Counted from the first letter of the stretch, positions 39,376 through 53,705 are shown. The stretch is DNA of 64,000 bases from Octopus vulgaris (GCA_951406725.2 OX597816.1:100688001-100752000), one strand, 5' to 3'. Made by a program: numbers and translations. The notes: generated by a model from the letters alone, not told the origin.

Positions 39376-40313
39376 AATTGGACAGTGTGATAGGTGGAAC
39401 ATCTACTTTGGCTTTTCATAGAGGATTAGTAGAGGAAAAGTGTGACAACGTTCTTAGGAAGACTTTGGGCATTGGAGAAGATCAGCTAATTGTTCTTTTC
39501 CAGGGAACTTTCAGGCAGAGACCAATAGATAATTTGCAAAAATCTCTGGCCTGGCAGTGCTAGTGGGGAGCTTTGCCTGTTCAAGATAAACTTTACAGAC
39601 ACGGAACTGCTGTCAGCTGAGCATGTCCAAGATGCATGCAGGACGAGACGGTCTTACATGCACTCGTCCAGTGCCCGAGCATTGCTGACCTGTGGGTTTA
39701 TGTCGAACACCTGTTGTCACATGTGGGATGGATCCAGCTATCAGCTGAATCCATCATGAAGATCACACCACCACCTTCCTTTAACTGAGAAAGAAAGGCT
39801 GTTTTTATATGCCTGATGACCATGCCAAAAGAAGTTGTGTGCTTGACGAGATTAAAGGGACTGAAGACAAACACTTTTCTCCTTGGCAAATCCCTGATGA
39901 ACTTCTTTAAGTTTCACTTGAAAAGGAAAAATAAAGGTAGAGAGGGAAGTGTTATCTTCTCGTCAGTTTGCCGAAAGGTGGATGAAAGAGGTGAGAATGG
40001 TATGAGTGAACAGGCCTGCCCTAAGCTTATGCCTGTAGATGGAAAGAGGAAGGAAAATGAAATAAAGCACCTGCCCCAAAAGTCAGGGTACCCATGGTTT
40101 TTATGGGGTTTTTCCGTGAGCATCCCTTGAGTGTCTCCTCCCTATTGATGATTACACATTGTTGCTCTTTTTTTAAAATTTTATTAGTCTTGTTTACATG
40201 CAAAATCCTCACTACACACACATACATGCACACATTTTTTTTTCTTTTGTTCTGTGCTGTCCATAATGTTTTTCTTCATGTAAACCCTTGTGGCTAATAA
40301 AGAAATCATTATC
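39376..40313 (+). mobile_element. L1/Tx1-clade LINE 3' fragment (C-terminal CCHC zinc finger and 3' UTR)
   Basis: GALPVQDKLYRHG...CPRCMQDETVLHALVQCPSIADLW; ends cccttgtggctaataaagaaatcattatc. Confidence 0.75.
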
Positions 40314-41922
40314 AGTGAACTACAGTAACACCCCTTATTTTTCAAGCACCATCCAGAGTATTTGAGCAGTTCCAAGCAGTTCTGTTTTCTGCTAGCGCTC
40401 TACTTTTATTGCAGCCCCTATTTGTTCCATGTACTTCTCAAGATTTTTACTCACTGTTTCCAGGGCTCTGACAATTATTGGTACTACTACTACCTTTTCC
40501 AGTGACCCCAACTGCTTAACCTCCCAAGCTAACTTGTTATATCTATCGACTTTTCTTTCTTCCTTATAGCACACCTTGTTGTCAGCTGAGCATGCTATAT
40601 ATATGATCCAGCATCGTTTGCTTTCTTTCTCATTTAAGATTATGTCTGGTTTCCTATCCTCTATCTCATGGTTGCACTGAATCATAAAATCCCATAGGAT
40701 CTTTGCATTATCATTTTCGATGATGCCTTCTGGTTTATGTTTATGCCACTTTTTTGCTCAGTCCATACTTGTTGCAAAGTGTCCAATGGACAATCCTTGC
40801 TATATTGTCATGACATACCTTATATTCTTTCTGGGCTAGTGGTGTAAATTGACTGGTAATATACCATATGGTTTCACCATTTTGTCCACAGATTCTGCAC
40901 TTATCACTTTCTGAAGAGTTGTCTATTCTGTATTTGATGTAATCTGCTCTTAATGCTTGCTCTTGGGCAGCACAGATTAGAGCCTTCATTTTCTGCTTTA
41001 AATCACTTTTAGTCATCCATAGCCATCTTTTTTCTCTGTCTGTCTTATCTTCAACATCCCTATGAAATTGTCCATGCATTTTTTTCTTTATCCACCTATT
41101 TTCAGTTTCATTCATTTTCAAGTGCTTGTACAAATGCTCTTTACAATCTTCCATCCTACACAAGCCTGACCTTTTTACTTCCAATAATAGAAGTTCTGTG
41201 GAATTTTTTATGTACCATGCTATGTTGTTTTCTTCTACTCTAATATTGTTTGCATCCAATCGGTCTTCTTTCTCCTCTTTTTCTTGGTACATACAGTCTA
41301 TCTGTGTCTCTTTTTGGGTGGAGTATCCCATATCTAGTCAGCGACTTCCTTGCCTTTTTGTCTAAACTGTTTAGTTCGTCTACTGTCCATGCAATTACCT
41401 CTGCTCCATATCTAAGGAGTGAAACCACCCAGGTGTTGATAGCATCAATTTTATTCCATCTGTTTAATTTTAACTTAAGGGTCAGTCTCATTCTGCACAA
41501 ATACTCCACCTTAAATTTTTCTGTCATTTCTTTTTCCATCAATTTCTCCATTTCCAATATCCCCAAATACTTATAGCCTATCTTTTCTATCTGCTTCCTA
41601 ACTTCCCCAACATTATCGCTAGCCCATTCATACATTTGATTTTGCCTCTCTTCAAGACTAACACACCACACTTTTTCAGTCCGAACTCCATTCTGATACC
41701 AGCACTGAAAGTATACACCATATCAACAAGAGAACTGACTTGAGATTCATCTTTACCATAAAGTTTGAGGCCACCCATGGATAACAAGTGGCTGACTTTT
41801 TGCTGGCAGCTCTTGAATACATACCCAGCCTTTGCTTTCCTCAGAATCAGTGTTAGTGACATCATGCACAGTACAAAGATCTGTGGGGGACAGGAAGTCC
41901 CCTTGGAAGATGCTTCTCCTGT
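40314..41922 (-). mobile_element. 5'-truncated R4/Dong-clade non-LTR retrotransposon (RT, CCHC, restriction-like endonuclease)
   Basis: IFQGDFLSP, MEFGLKKC, YKYLGILE, MHGQF, ICAAQEQAL, CRICGQNGETI, HDNIARIVHW, RKPDIIL, VVVPIIV. Confidence 0.88.
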
Positions 41923-41998
41923 TTATTATTATTATTATTATTATTAATAATATTATTATTATTAATAATATAAGAAGGAGAAGAAGAAGAAGAAGAAT
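41922..41998. repeat. (TAT)n/(TAA)n and (GAA)n microsatellite
   Basis: Read directly from the sequence. Confidence 0.95.
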
Positions 41999-42172
41999 AG
42001 GGGGTTGTAGACTCATTAAAGCATCATTGAAATATGCCTTGTGGTATTTATTCTCTCAATTTACATTGTGGATTTGACCTTGTATTTATGCTAAAAACAA
42101 TTATTATTAAGGATTACTTTCAACATGTATAGGTTCAAATTTCAAACAGACAGATATTTATTTCATTTACAG

Positions 42173-42342
42173 ATGGCTGGTTGTCAAGAACTGGTTAATT
42201 CATAAAAAACGCAAATTGGAACTTGCTCCTAAACGGAATTGGAAGCGTTACTGGGTATGTCTAAAGGGAACCATGCTGCTATTCTTTGACTGTGATGAAG
42301 AGAGTGCTATCACAGAAGAAAGTGCCCCAAGGCATGTACTAG
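42173..42342 (+). CDS. sif: sif/TIAM1-like PH domain exon (G-WLVVKNWLIHKKRKLELAPKRNWKRYWVCLKGTMLLFFDCDEESAITEESAPRHVL)
   Basis: Acceptor tttcatttacag and donor G|gtaagt; 170 nt, phase 2 to 1, joins the previous exon in frame (GG+A = Gly). WKxYWVCLKG is characteristic of the Sif/TIAM PH1 domain. Confidence 0.96.
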
Positions 42343-43575
42343 GTAAGTATTTAAACTAAACCATTTTCATTCTACTAACTTCTCCCAGCAATGATTAATT
42401 TACCCAACTTTCTAATCCCAAACCCATTAATCTGCCTGATGTTTTAATCTCAATTCACCAAAATCTCTTTTTTTCTCTCTGACTCCTAATTTTTTTTTTT
42501 TTTAATATTCTCTCTTTTTCTATTTTAGTTCAACTGTTATTTTAGAAAATATTTTTTCCTGTTATTTTAGTGATTTGTATTTTCTTTTTCTTATTAAATG
42601 TTCTTTTTTATTTTGTTTTCAGATGTTTTCATAGTATTATTTAATTTATTTTTCCTCAACATTAAAACTTTAAAACAAGCTTTAAATTCAGTTTTATTTC
42701 AGGACATTTTATCATTTTCTAAGTTTCCATAATATAATATTTTTAAAAAAAATCAAATATTTCCATCATAAAAGTAAGCAGAACAATATTCATTAAACAA
42801 CATTTTTATTTTATCAGTTTTATTTGATATCTTTCTGAGTTTTCATTTCACTCTGAAAATAAGAATCATACTAGAGATTTGAACCTCATAACTATTCCTT
42901 TCCTACTGGTTATTTTCTCACAATTACTGTCAGAAATGTCACTGAACTGTTAGGTAAGAACTGTTAGGTAAGACACAAGTTACTCTCTAAACTGTAGGAT
43001 CTGAAACTGAATGGAATAAAAAGCTTTATGGTCTTAATACTATTTTAATTATTTTCTTTGATTACTGAATTAGATGTCCTTTAAATCCTTATATCTAACA
43101 ACTCATGATTATTTAAGTTTTGTATGAAAGTCAGTATTGATTTTTAAACCCTTGTTTTTAATCTTTCCTTCCTTTTGATGCATCCTTATAGACAGCTGTA
43201 GTGCTGTTTCCCCACAATCTTAACTCTTGGTGTATTGAGAGTCACATAATTCTTAATACTTGGTATCTAGAAATAGCTTTGTTTTAAAATAGCTTTGTTG
43301 ATAATGTATCTAGAATCCCAGTGCCTTTCAAGATTGAAGTTAGAGTGGCCTTGATTATTTACAATCATTACTTAAGAAACAATTTCTGAATGAACCACTC
43401 TGATTATCTGAGGGAAATAATAGAGTCCATACTCAAGGTGGTAATTAAAACATACAATATCCATTTAATGTGAAAGGCTAAAAGACACTTTAAGGAACTA
43501 AGTTCTGATAATATGTCTGTAGGTGTGTATGTTTGTATACATATGTATATATGTATGTATGAACATATATATATA

Positions 43576-44508
43576 CAGAATGACCCAAAAGTCACTAGTC
43601 CATTTCAAAATATATTAATGTGAAAATTTAATTAAAAAAAGTGTTATTATATTTCAGAATATAATAACCCATTTTTATTAAACTTTTACATGTATTCTTT
43701 TATAAACAATAGATATACTTCTCGGAAAACTTTTTAATTAGTTTTGAAAATTATGTCTCTTTGAATGGCCATCATTTCATTTTTGACAAAGGTGAGCCCT
43801 TTCAAAAGAGTACTTCATCACTATTTCTGATGTTTCTTGGCTTATTCCTTCAATTTTTTTGCCTGAAATTGCTGGATTGTCCGAGGTCATACTGGTATAC
43901 TGTGTCTTTCAGATATTCCCACAAGAAAATGTCTGGTACCATTAAATCAGGTGAGCATGAGGGCCAATTGAATTTAGAGTTTCTTTATCCAGGCAGCATA
44001 TTCTAATTGTACCCAATAATCTGCTGGCCTCAGTTCCTGCATGAGCTGCATTTTTTATGGGAAAAAATTCAGTATCCTTTAAATCCTCTGTTGTGAGATA
44101 TGTGATATGCCCCACTGAGGGATATGCCCCTTTGGGCTGATGGTGATGGGTCTTCTTCAGTGCTCTGCTGTACATGCTGAATGTTGTTCTGAGACTTTTC
44201 TGAATGTGGCCTTCCTACATGTAATAAATCAACCACAACCTCTTGTTGTTCAAATCACTGGTATGAGTTCAGTACCACTTGTTTAGATGGTTGTTGGCTG
44301 ACCTGATAATGATGAATGTAAGTGCTTTGGGTTAGTACAATTGTTTGTTGATTTTTGTAGATAAGATTTAATTATTTTTATTTGTTGCTCTGATGTGAAT
44401 TTCTCTGATTATTTTCCAAGAATTACATGTTAATAATCTGAAAAAAAAAAGACTAAAACTTAATTGTAAAAATGTTATATAGGTCTAGTGATTTTTGGGC
44501 ACCCCCCC
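43576..44508 (-). mobile_element. degraded Tc1/mariner-superfamily element (rosa/maT-like)
   Basis: Minus strand WPSCSPDLMVPDIFLWEYLKDTVY, compare WPPRSPDLTPxDFFLWGYLK. Imperfect TIRs tgacccaaaagtcactag and ctagtgatttttgggca. Confidence 0.75.
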
Positions 44509-44649
44509 CACATATATATGTATGTGTGTATTCTTTTATTTTCTTAGTTCCAGTTGATGGACTGGAGCACTACCTTATGTGTGTGTGTGTGTATGTGTGT
44601 GAAGAAATTGTAGTCAACAAGGAGTACAGTTGGATAATTATTTTTTAAT

Positions 44650-44751
44650 CACTACAATTGTTTCCACCCAACGTGGTTTTCCAAAAATACAGGTATATGA
44701 TTATACAACTGTTTGTTTGCATAATGAAATCTGGTTGTGTTTCTCCAGGTT
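44650..44751 (-). ncRNA. degenerate Penelope-type hammerhead motif
   Basis: Minus strand ac CTGGAGA aacacaac...gttgggtg GAAAC aatt GTA gt. Palindromic stem III ACAATTGT; core A6 is mutated. Confidence 0.4.
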
Positions 44752-44830
44752 GTAGTCAAGTGTTGTAGTCTTCCACATTCCTAATGGAATATACCATAAC
44801 TATATATATATATGATGATGATGATGATGA

Positions 44831-45267
44831 ATTAAGGTAGCCAGATGCAATTCCAAACCAAAAAGGAAATAATTCACATTCCCTAAAATGTGACGAAGAG
44901 TGCAGGGAGCATCAGCATTGCTAAAAATAAGAGTCAAAGAACTCTCTATCCACAGAAGCACATTTTCTATTTACTGCCAGAGGAGACAACCTCCCCACCA
45001 CAGTTCAGTGGCATTAGATTGGCATGCCAATTTCACATGAAATTTAATGCTCATCATTAATGTTTACCCCACTGTCAGTGATGAAGCTGAATCCTACCCT
45101 GTCATTGTATATAGATTTTACCTAAGGAATCAGTGGCTGATTCCACAAAATCATAATGTGAAAATAATAAAATAATTAAGGTGCCTAGATGCAATTCAAA
45201 ACCAAAAAGGAAATAATTCACCGTCACTAAAATTTGACGAAGCGTGCAGAGAGCATCATCATTGCTA
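44831..45267 (+). repeat. direct repeat of about 93 bp (44831-44923 and 45175-45267), period about 344 bp
   Basis: agatgcaattc(c/a)aaaccaaaaaggaaataattcac...tgacgaag.gtgcag.gagcatca.cattgcta in both copies. Confidence 0.88.
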
Positions 45268-45644
45268 TGCCTTGAGATGTTTAGTCAATCAAATAAATTC
45301 TAGTATTTATTATTTTAACATCTAATACTAATTCTATTATTCTTTTTTACCAAATAGATTATTAATGACGGTGTAAACCAATGAACATAGTACTTGTAAT
45401 GTTTTAGGATATTGAAAGATGTATAACTGTAGGTGTATTGCTTGTGATATGTTGGAAATTTAATGTCAGCTAATGGTGAAGACTAAGCACAAATGAATTG
45501 TCAGTCTGTTTAGGTACTGAATGCAAGGTTTTCTTGGCAAAAGAACTAGGGTTGTTGTGCCTTTTTATGACTGTATGGTAGTGAACAAAATAAACAAAAA
45601 TGCATAAAATTTCTGAAGTTTCTTTCATTATTGGATTGGCAGAA

Positions 45645-45835
45645 ATGACAGCATCAGACAAAATACCTTGTGGCATTTTTTGGCTAATTATATTCCAAGT
45701 TCAAATCCCAGTGAGGTCAACATTTCTTTTCATCCTTCCAGGATCAATTAAATAAAGTACTAGTCAAGTTCTAGGGTTAATTTAATTGCCTGTCTTCATC
45801 CCTTGACAACATGGCCTTGTGCTTGTGTTATAGAA
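45645..45835 (+). mobile_element. SINE family B, degraded
   Basis: gttcaaatccc...gaggtcaac...tcatccttcc...aagtactagtcaag. Confidence 0.65.
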
Positions 45836-46184
45836 ATTTCCAGTTCTTATGAAGTGCAAATCTGAAAATATACCTAGAAACCTTTATTTAGCAATAAATA
45901 AATGCAGTTTTTCTGTTACTGGACTCAATGGATATGCTATTTCTTTTCAAGGCAGGAAATATCACTATAATGTTTAAACTGTTACTGATACTCCCTCAAT
46001 TTTGCTTATAAAATCTTAAGAACAAATGTAGCACCATTTGACTTTTCTTAACTCTATATCTATTTAAGAGTACCAAGTCCATCATTTTTGAAATATCAAA
46101 CAAATAAGTAAAAGGAAATTTTGAGGAAATGTTATAGCTGAGCTGCTGCTTCAATTCTACTAAGACAAACAAAAATCATCTACA

Positions 46185-46399
46185 TTAATCCTTTTGATAC
46201 CTAACTGCCTGAGAGTACCTCACATGGGATGCCAACTTCCTGTTTAAAGTTATCTAAATTTAAATCCTGCCATCAAAATTTCATGTTAAGTTATATTTCA
46301 ATCACCAGCTTAATGATGATAAAATCATTTTACCAAATTCTTCATTAATTTCAAAAGTAATTGAAGCAAAATCAGTTATTTCAGTAACAAAAGGGTTAA
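46185..46399. mobile_element. TTAA-flanked MITE (piggyBac-like)
   Basis: TTAA-tccttttgatac...gtaacaaaaggg-TTAA: imperfect TIRs with a TTAA target-site duplication. Confidence 0.7.
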
Positions 46400-48905
46400 T
46401 CATCTTGTATAACAGTCATATTTAGTCTTAGTATTTATTTTGTGGTGCTATATGATTATGCATTGGAGATATTTCAAAATATATCAATAATTTTTATAAT
46501 AAATTTTAATCTAAGTATCAAAGTTTACACATTATTAATGCTGATACTTTAAAATATTCGAATTACTTCAACAGATACTAGTTAACTCTAGTTACAAAAT
46601 ATTAATGTTAATATAGTGTGTGCTGCAGTTAACATATAATACAAATAATCTGGCCATTTGTATAAATCCATGTAGACTTACATTTTTATGACTTGTGAGG
46701 AAGATTCAAAGATTTCATTGTTTAATTCAGAAACTATGAAAGTAACTTCAAAGATAGCTAAAGATCCTGAGGCAGCAACCAAGTCCTAGTCAAACAGTTT
46801 GCAGTATTATAATGGTTATATAAATTCTACTCATTCATATTTATTTACATAAATATATCTGTATAAATTAAATAAATTTAAAGTTGAGTAAGCAATGTAA
46901 AAATAAGCATAGCAGTCACATGTTCTCATATAGTGTCTCTTAGATACTTACACAATCACAATTTCTGTTTGCCTGCATTGTCAGTCTCACACATAGAATC
47001 CTGCAGCTATTAAGTGAACTGAATCTTCTTTGTCAAATCAAAGAGAAGCTGATCGTCATTTAACTACTTCTTATTCTTTTATTAATTTTTATGGTTCCTT
47101 TCTTTCCTACCTGACTAGCTTTTCACTTCTCTCTCATTTGGCCAATCTAACCCTCTAATGTATACATTGCTAGCTAAACATCAACACAGTTTCTTACCTG
47201 TTTCTGAACCTAGCTTTGAGATATAAAAGTTGACAGTGAGACTGTCCTAAATGAAATCACACTATTTGCTATAGCTACCTACCATTTCACTTATTGATTG
47301 CAACTTCTACCTAAAACTCTAAATGTGTTTTAATTTCTCACCCTTTCTGTTAATCCAAATCTTACTCCTCATGTGTGTAGAGAAGGGGACATATGTGTAT
47401 ATTTCTATTTTACTCTTTGCTGTAATTTCATTTGGCCTATTTACTACTTTTGAGAAATTTTTATCAATTCCTCTACCATATATTGATGTAAAGTTGGAGG
47501 TCCTAGTAAGAAATTCAGTTCAACCCACATCAGTTTTCCAGGTTAACAATATAATAAATATCTTGATTAGACTGTTTATATTGATAGAAATTGTTCTGTA
47601 ACAATCTGTCATCAACAAAAATTAGACAATTTTAGAAATTCTACATCAACTATTTGATAGGAGAGATGATGTAATGTTTGCAGGCATTTGCATCATACTT
47701 TGTAATATCTACAAAAACTTTGTCTTAAAATCTTATAGTTCATAAGCAATATTTATATGATACCATTTTATCATATTTTATATCTATTATCTTCTTGCCT
47801 TTTACATACTATAGTACTTTCATTACAGTTAGTTTGATGCTTAATATGTGGTCAAATAGAATATCTTTATATTGTGGTAAAAATAAATCACAAAAACCTA
47901 AGTACATTAAAAATTATTAACATTGACTAGATTGTTGTCAATATCACTAAGTAATTATATCTGTAGATGGTAAAATCTTTCTGTATGAAAAACAGTATGA
48001 TACTGAAAAGCATCATCTATTATGCTTATCTGTACAAAGAATACTGGATTAAAATACACTCAGGCATAAGTTTATCATTAACTTTTGACAAATATGTAAA
48101 TTGAAATGGATAAACTTGTTTTATTCAGGCCAAAACATTATAACTTGATTAAAATTTCAGTTATCTAAATCTGTTTCATTTGCAAGATTTCTGCTGTTTG
48201 CTTGATTTATGAAAAATGCAACCCTAAAATAAAATATTGCAAGTTTCACACAGGTTTATTCTTTTGATTGATATGTGATGAGTCTGTAGTTTTCTTCAAA
48301 GTTATACATAATAAAATGTCTCTATACAACAATTAACAAAAATCTGAGAATGTTTAATTGAAATCCTTTTCATATCAAAAGTGTTTAAGGTTCCTATCTT
48401 CCTATTTTATTGAACTAGCAGAAACACTATATTGTAATAAAAATATACATTTCACGTGTGTGTGTGTTGATATGTATGCATGTATAAAGGTAATTTTAAA
48501 TCATATAATTCTTGATATACAAACATGATTATCATGGCTAGAATGCCTTTCATGATTGCTGTAAGTTTTTATGACAGATTTGAGAATACACAACAAAGTT
48601 TAGTTTGAGACAATGAGGGAATGCCTCTGCATAGAAACTTGATCTGCTGGCAATTGCAAGCAAATGTTTTTCTAATCACATACCTCCACCTTAAATTAAG
48701 AAAAAACACATTTGATAAGTCACTATTATGTAATAAACAAAAACAGAAAGGACAACAAATATTGTATCAATTTATTACTGAGACAAAGGAATAAAAGATT
48801 AGATCAGCAACAGCAATTTTACATATGTTTTTTCAATACTTGCATGGCTTGTATGAGTCCTTTCAAAGTACTGTATCTAAATTAAAAAAACACTCACACA
48901 CAGAC

Positions 48906-48942
<37 letters not shown>

Positions 48943-51900
48943 GCACACACACAATCATTTATGTATAGCAAGCCAGAAACAGATGACATACTAACTTGAG
49001 AATTAAAGAGCAAAGATCAATATTATTTGAAAAATCTTATTTATATTGTGATAAATTAAAATCAAGAGAAAATGACAGAAAAGCAATTGTTTTACCAACC
49101 CAAAGCAGGAATTTATTGAAATAGAAAGAATGATAAGGCAAACTGAACTAAGTCTGAAGTATTTACAAAGTTGAAAATCATTGATTAATGCAGATACATT
49201 GATTTCTACAGCACACACAAGCAGATATGATAACCAATAGGCATGTACATATTTCTGCACCTGTTCAAAGTTTTATATTCTCAGATGTTTTGAATAGAAT
49301 AACAGTGTTTGAAGATTTTTGCTTCTAGTTCTATGGTTTTAAATTTGTCTACAATTAAGTAATCCCTATGCAATATTTATATATATATATATAAACAAAT
49401 AAAATTATGATAACTTCTTTTATTTGCTACAGAGGCATTTAATGAGGGGGATATTACAAGGATAGTCTACAATTTGTGTATGTGATTACATAAAAACTGA
49501 CTTGGGTTAAAAGGGAAATAGGAGACTTGAGTAAACGGTATACCTATGTCATTCCTTCATATTAAGTCTGTTTTTCCATACTTGCACGTTTTAGGTGAAC
49601 GTGTTATTTGAGGCATTATTTTATGGAGGGATATCCTTCCTGACACTATTCCTTACATGTTTTTCAAGCAAGGGATCTACTTAGCTTTGAAGGCACAAAG
49701 TGACTGACTGATTTATTGACAGGAGAACTGACAACACTTCAACTGCAGATGTAAACAATAACACAGATACACATGCATGCACACACATGCAGATTATATA
49801 TATATATATATATATATATATAACCTTTCAGTTCTCATCTAAAAAAATCCATTCACAAGGATTTGATCAGCTTAGGACTATAGAAATAGACATTTTTCCT
49901 AGATGCTGCTCATTAAGACTGAAACCAAAACCCTTCATCTTATTTTTACTAAAGGACAGAAATTATATATGTATAATTATATTTATAGTATTTCATATGG
50001 AGTAAATGATTAAAATGTCAAATGCAGGAATTAGGATAAATAATCTAAACCTTTTAAATTTTACTGTCATAGTATAGCCTACTGAACCCTAACTTATCAG
50101 TTAACAAAGGTTTTTACATTTTGAGAAAGAGTTATGAATCACTTCTTTAGGCCAGTATTATCTGTATGATTATAAAATAAAATGACCAGCTTAGGGAAAT
50201 ATAACAGATGGGACAGTGACATGAATTTGAGTAAATAAGTAGTTATGTACAAAATGCTATGCAATATGAACTTTCGATTTATTGGAATTCCCCTAATTTG
50301 CATTCTAGTTATTCTCTTCACTTCTTTTACTTTTGCCACAACTTTGTAAAATTAAAGAAAATAAAGTTACTTATCTATAAAATCCACAATATATGGCAGA
50401 TATCAACATGTGTATCAAATAAATGCATCTACAGCTATAATTGTAGATATTTCTAGAAGCAGTGTGGGTTTTATTAGATTGAAGAGATGGCAACACCCCC
50501 TGTCCACTTTTGTGTTATTATTATAATCAGTTTTTTTCTATCTTCAGTTTGAATTCTATCATTGGGGAAATACACTATTCTTTTTTAAAATTATTCACAG
50601 GTTTTGCCATAGTGACCGAAGAGTATTAATTGGCATTGCTAGTTGTAGACCAATATGAGTCTATCCTCTGTATTACTTTTAAAATTCATCTCAACAAGAA
50701 TTGGGCATAAAAAATTTTTAATTAAAAAAATTTCTTTTTAAAACAGAGAAATCAATGATGTTTGTAATTTCTGTCATCCTTAAAACCTTTGCAAGAGTAT
50801 TACAATAAGGAACTCAGTTAACATGAATGTAATATATTATTTGAGTGAGCGTTAGTAAAGATTTATATAACAATTGCTACAGTAGAATCAGTCTTGTTGA
50901 GATATTTAGGGATATGATAAAAGAATGATCCTCCCAGTGACATTCCATGCCAGATATTCAGAAATTTGATATAAGAAATGAAACATCATTTTTATAACAT
51001 CTTGTTTCATGAAGTTTTTCAGATTTATAGTGAAAATGACAATGATGAAACTTATTATTATTGCTGTTGTTGTTAATAATTGTTTTAGTTACTATGATTT
51101 TATCATTCATGTTGCACTTTATAAGTTATATTAATATATATCACTCACTTAACTTGAATAGTTTTTCTAAATCATTTATATAAGTCTAGAAATTACATCA
51201 ATCATTTAACTTGTTCTTTCTTATGCCTTGCCACCAGATAAACAATACCTACTCTGGTATTGATCTTCAGTTTCTTATTTCATACAGCTCACAAGCTAGA
51301 TTTTTAAAACTTATCTTTCATTACTTTAACACCAGCACATAAGGCTTTGTTGAATTCTCTCAAACTTTCATGTTTTTCTCACAAAAGTAAAACAATATGA
51401 ATAATCAATATCCTATGTTAACACTAGTTTTCAATACAGCAAAATCCATCACGATTTTCTTTTATTCTAACACATTTTTTGTCTTTATGTTACAGTACAT
51501 ATGCTTCTTGCCTTATCTAAATAAGAAAAGACAATACAACATTATTATTACCTCTTTATATACATATCTTAACAATTTCTTATTAGAATAATACTGTACA
51601 TCATAGTTCATAATATAGTCAAAATTATTTACTTCAGTTATTATGGCAGTTGTTTTATTCTTAATGTGTTTTATTATCTAAGCTATTAACCAATTTGTAT
51701 AGTTTTATAGTTATGGTGGTCAAGGTTTAATTCTTCATAGTTATGTTTCCCATGACCACTTAGATTTTTACTTCCATTTTATTATATTTTCACCAAATTC
51801 TCCATCTTCTATATTTGTAATTATTTTTATATTGTCCTATAATACAGAAATCTATTTGTTTATTTGTGTAGATTTCATGTTTTTAAAATTATTTCTCTAT

Positions 51901-52574
51901 TTTCTGTGCCAAATTCCAATTCCATTAATTCTGTCTGTTTCCTGTGCATGAAATTCCCTTTGAATATTTGTTTAACAATGAAATATTTTAAAATCTTTTG
52001 CAGTGAATTCAATGTGTCACAAATCCTGTCTGTGGGATTACTCTGCAATTTCTGGCCATCACTAGATACATATCAAATAAATCTCAACTGACTCATTGTT
52101 CCATTCTCACCGTGAAATCAGATTCATGCCATTACCTTGATTGTGTCAACATCAAAGAAATATTCTCACTTCATTCTGTACTGCATCTACAAGCTTGACA
52201 TTATCCAACATATCATCATTAACAATTGTTCCTATATCCTATTCTATTTCTAACCAATTAACCTCATTAGACACCTTTGAATTCTAACCAGTTCATACAA
52301 TGATCCAATTACTTTATGACTTCCATCTTTTATAGTTTCCAAAGAGTATTTCATAAAACTCCTTTCATTTATTGAGTTATGTAATTATTTGCTAGAATTC
52401 TTCTCACATATCAGTCTTTCACTAAAGTTTTGCATGGGATTCATTGGTTGCTTTTACTTCTCATTTATAACCTGTTCTCTCCATTATTTATTTAACATTC
52501 TTTAATCATTAAGTTTACATTGTTGAGTCCAAATAATGATAGCATAAACTTTTATCATCATCATCATCATTATT

Positions 52575-52800
52575 TGATGGATTTGTGGAATCATTAGAGC
52601 ATTGAATCTTGTGGCATTTGTTCCAATTCTTTACATTCAGTGTTCAAGTTCCACAAAGCCAGCTTTACCTTTCATCCTTTCAGGGTCTATAAAATAAAGT
52701 ATCAGACATGCACAAGGGTTGATAGTATTGACTAAACTCTCCCCTCAAATCTTTGCACCCTGCAACTAAATTAGAAATATCATCATCATCATTATTATGA

Positions 52801-52833
<33 letters not shown>

Positions 52834-53705
52834 GAAAACTCACAGCATATTTTGCTGAGTATGATGGAAATTGTCAGCTGTCCACCAGCCAGCAGACTAA
52901 GGTGACATTTGTTTACTGGTTGTGCTTCAAGAACCATGCATTATCATTATCATCATCATCATCGTCATTATTGTATGTAAGGCAGCAAGCTGGCAGAGTC
53001 ATTAGTACACCAGATGAAATGCTGAGTAGCATTAGTCCATCTTTATGTTCTGAGTTAGAATTCTGTTGAGATTAACTTTGCCTTCCATCCATTTTTTGGG
53101 GGTGAGGGGGGGTCAATAAAATAAGTAGCAGTCAAGCACTTGGATCAATGCAATAGACTTCCTCACTCATCAAAATTGAGGCCTTGTGCTAAAAGAAGAA
53201 AGGATAATAATTACTACTATTAATATAGTTGTGGAGTTGTTGCATTTTTATGGGAAGTTGTCTGACTGAATCATTAATGTCATCATCATCATCATCATCA
53301 TCTTCATCAATATTATCATTAAGGCAGCAAACTGGCAGAATCATTAGCACACTGGAAAAGTGCTTAGCAGTATTTCTTCTGACTTTGCTTTCTGAATTCA
53401 AATGATTTCATTCTTTTAGGTGCCAATGTAATCGATTGTCCCCTACCTCAAAACTTCAGCCCTTTTATTATATTGAAAAGGATTATTCAGGCAGTAAAGT
53501 GACAGATAAGTTAGCATGCCAGAAAAAATACTTAGTGGTATTTCTGCTGGCTTTACATTCTGATTTGAAATGCTGCTGAAGTCAAAGTTGCCTTTCATCC
53601 TTTCAGGTTTGATAAAATAAGTATCAGTTGAACACTGGGGTTGATGTTATGAACTATCCCTCTCCCTCAAAATTTCAGGCTTTGAACCTATTGTAGAAAG
53701 AAATC
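52575..53705 (+). mobile_element. cluster of four head-to-tail SINE family B copies separated by (CAT)n/(TAT)n
   Basis: Copies start at about 52575, 52980, 53322 and 53489 (ggcagca..ctggcaga.tcattag...tgcttag...ttcatcctt). Confidence 0.85.

Noticed and set aside
42946-42973. actgttaggtaaga twice, giving TAG|GTAAGA recursive-like sites
   Set aside because: A simple 14-bp duplication with no adjacent polypyrimidine tract; the implied exons are not frame-preserving.
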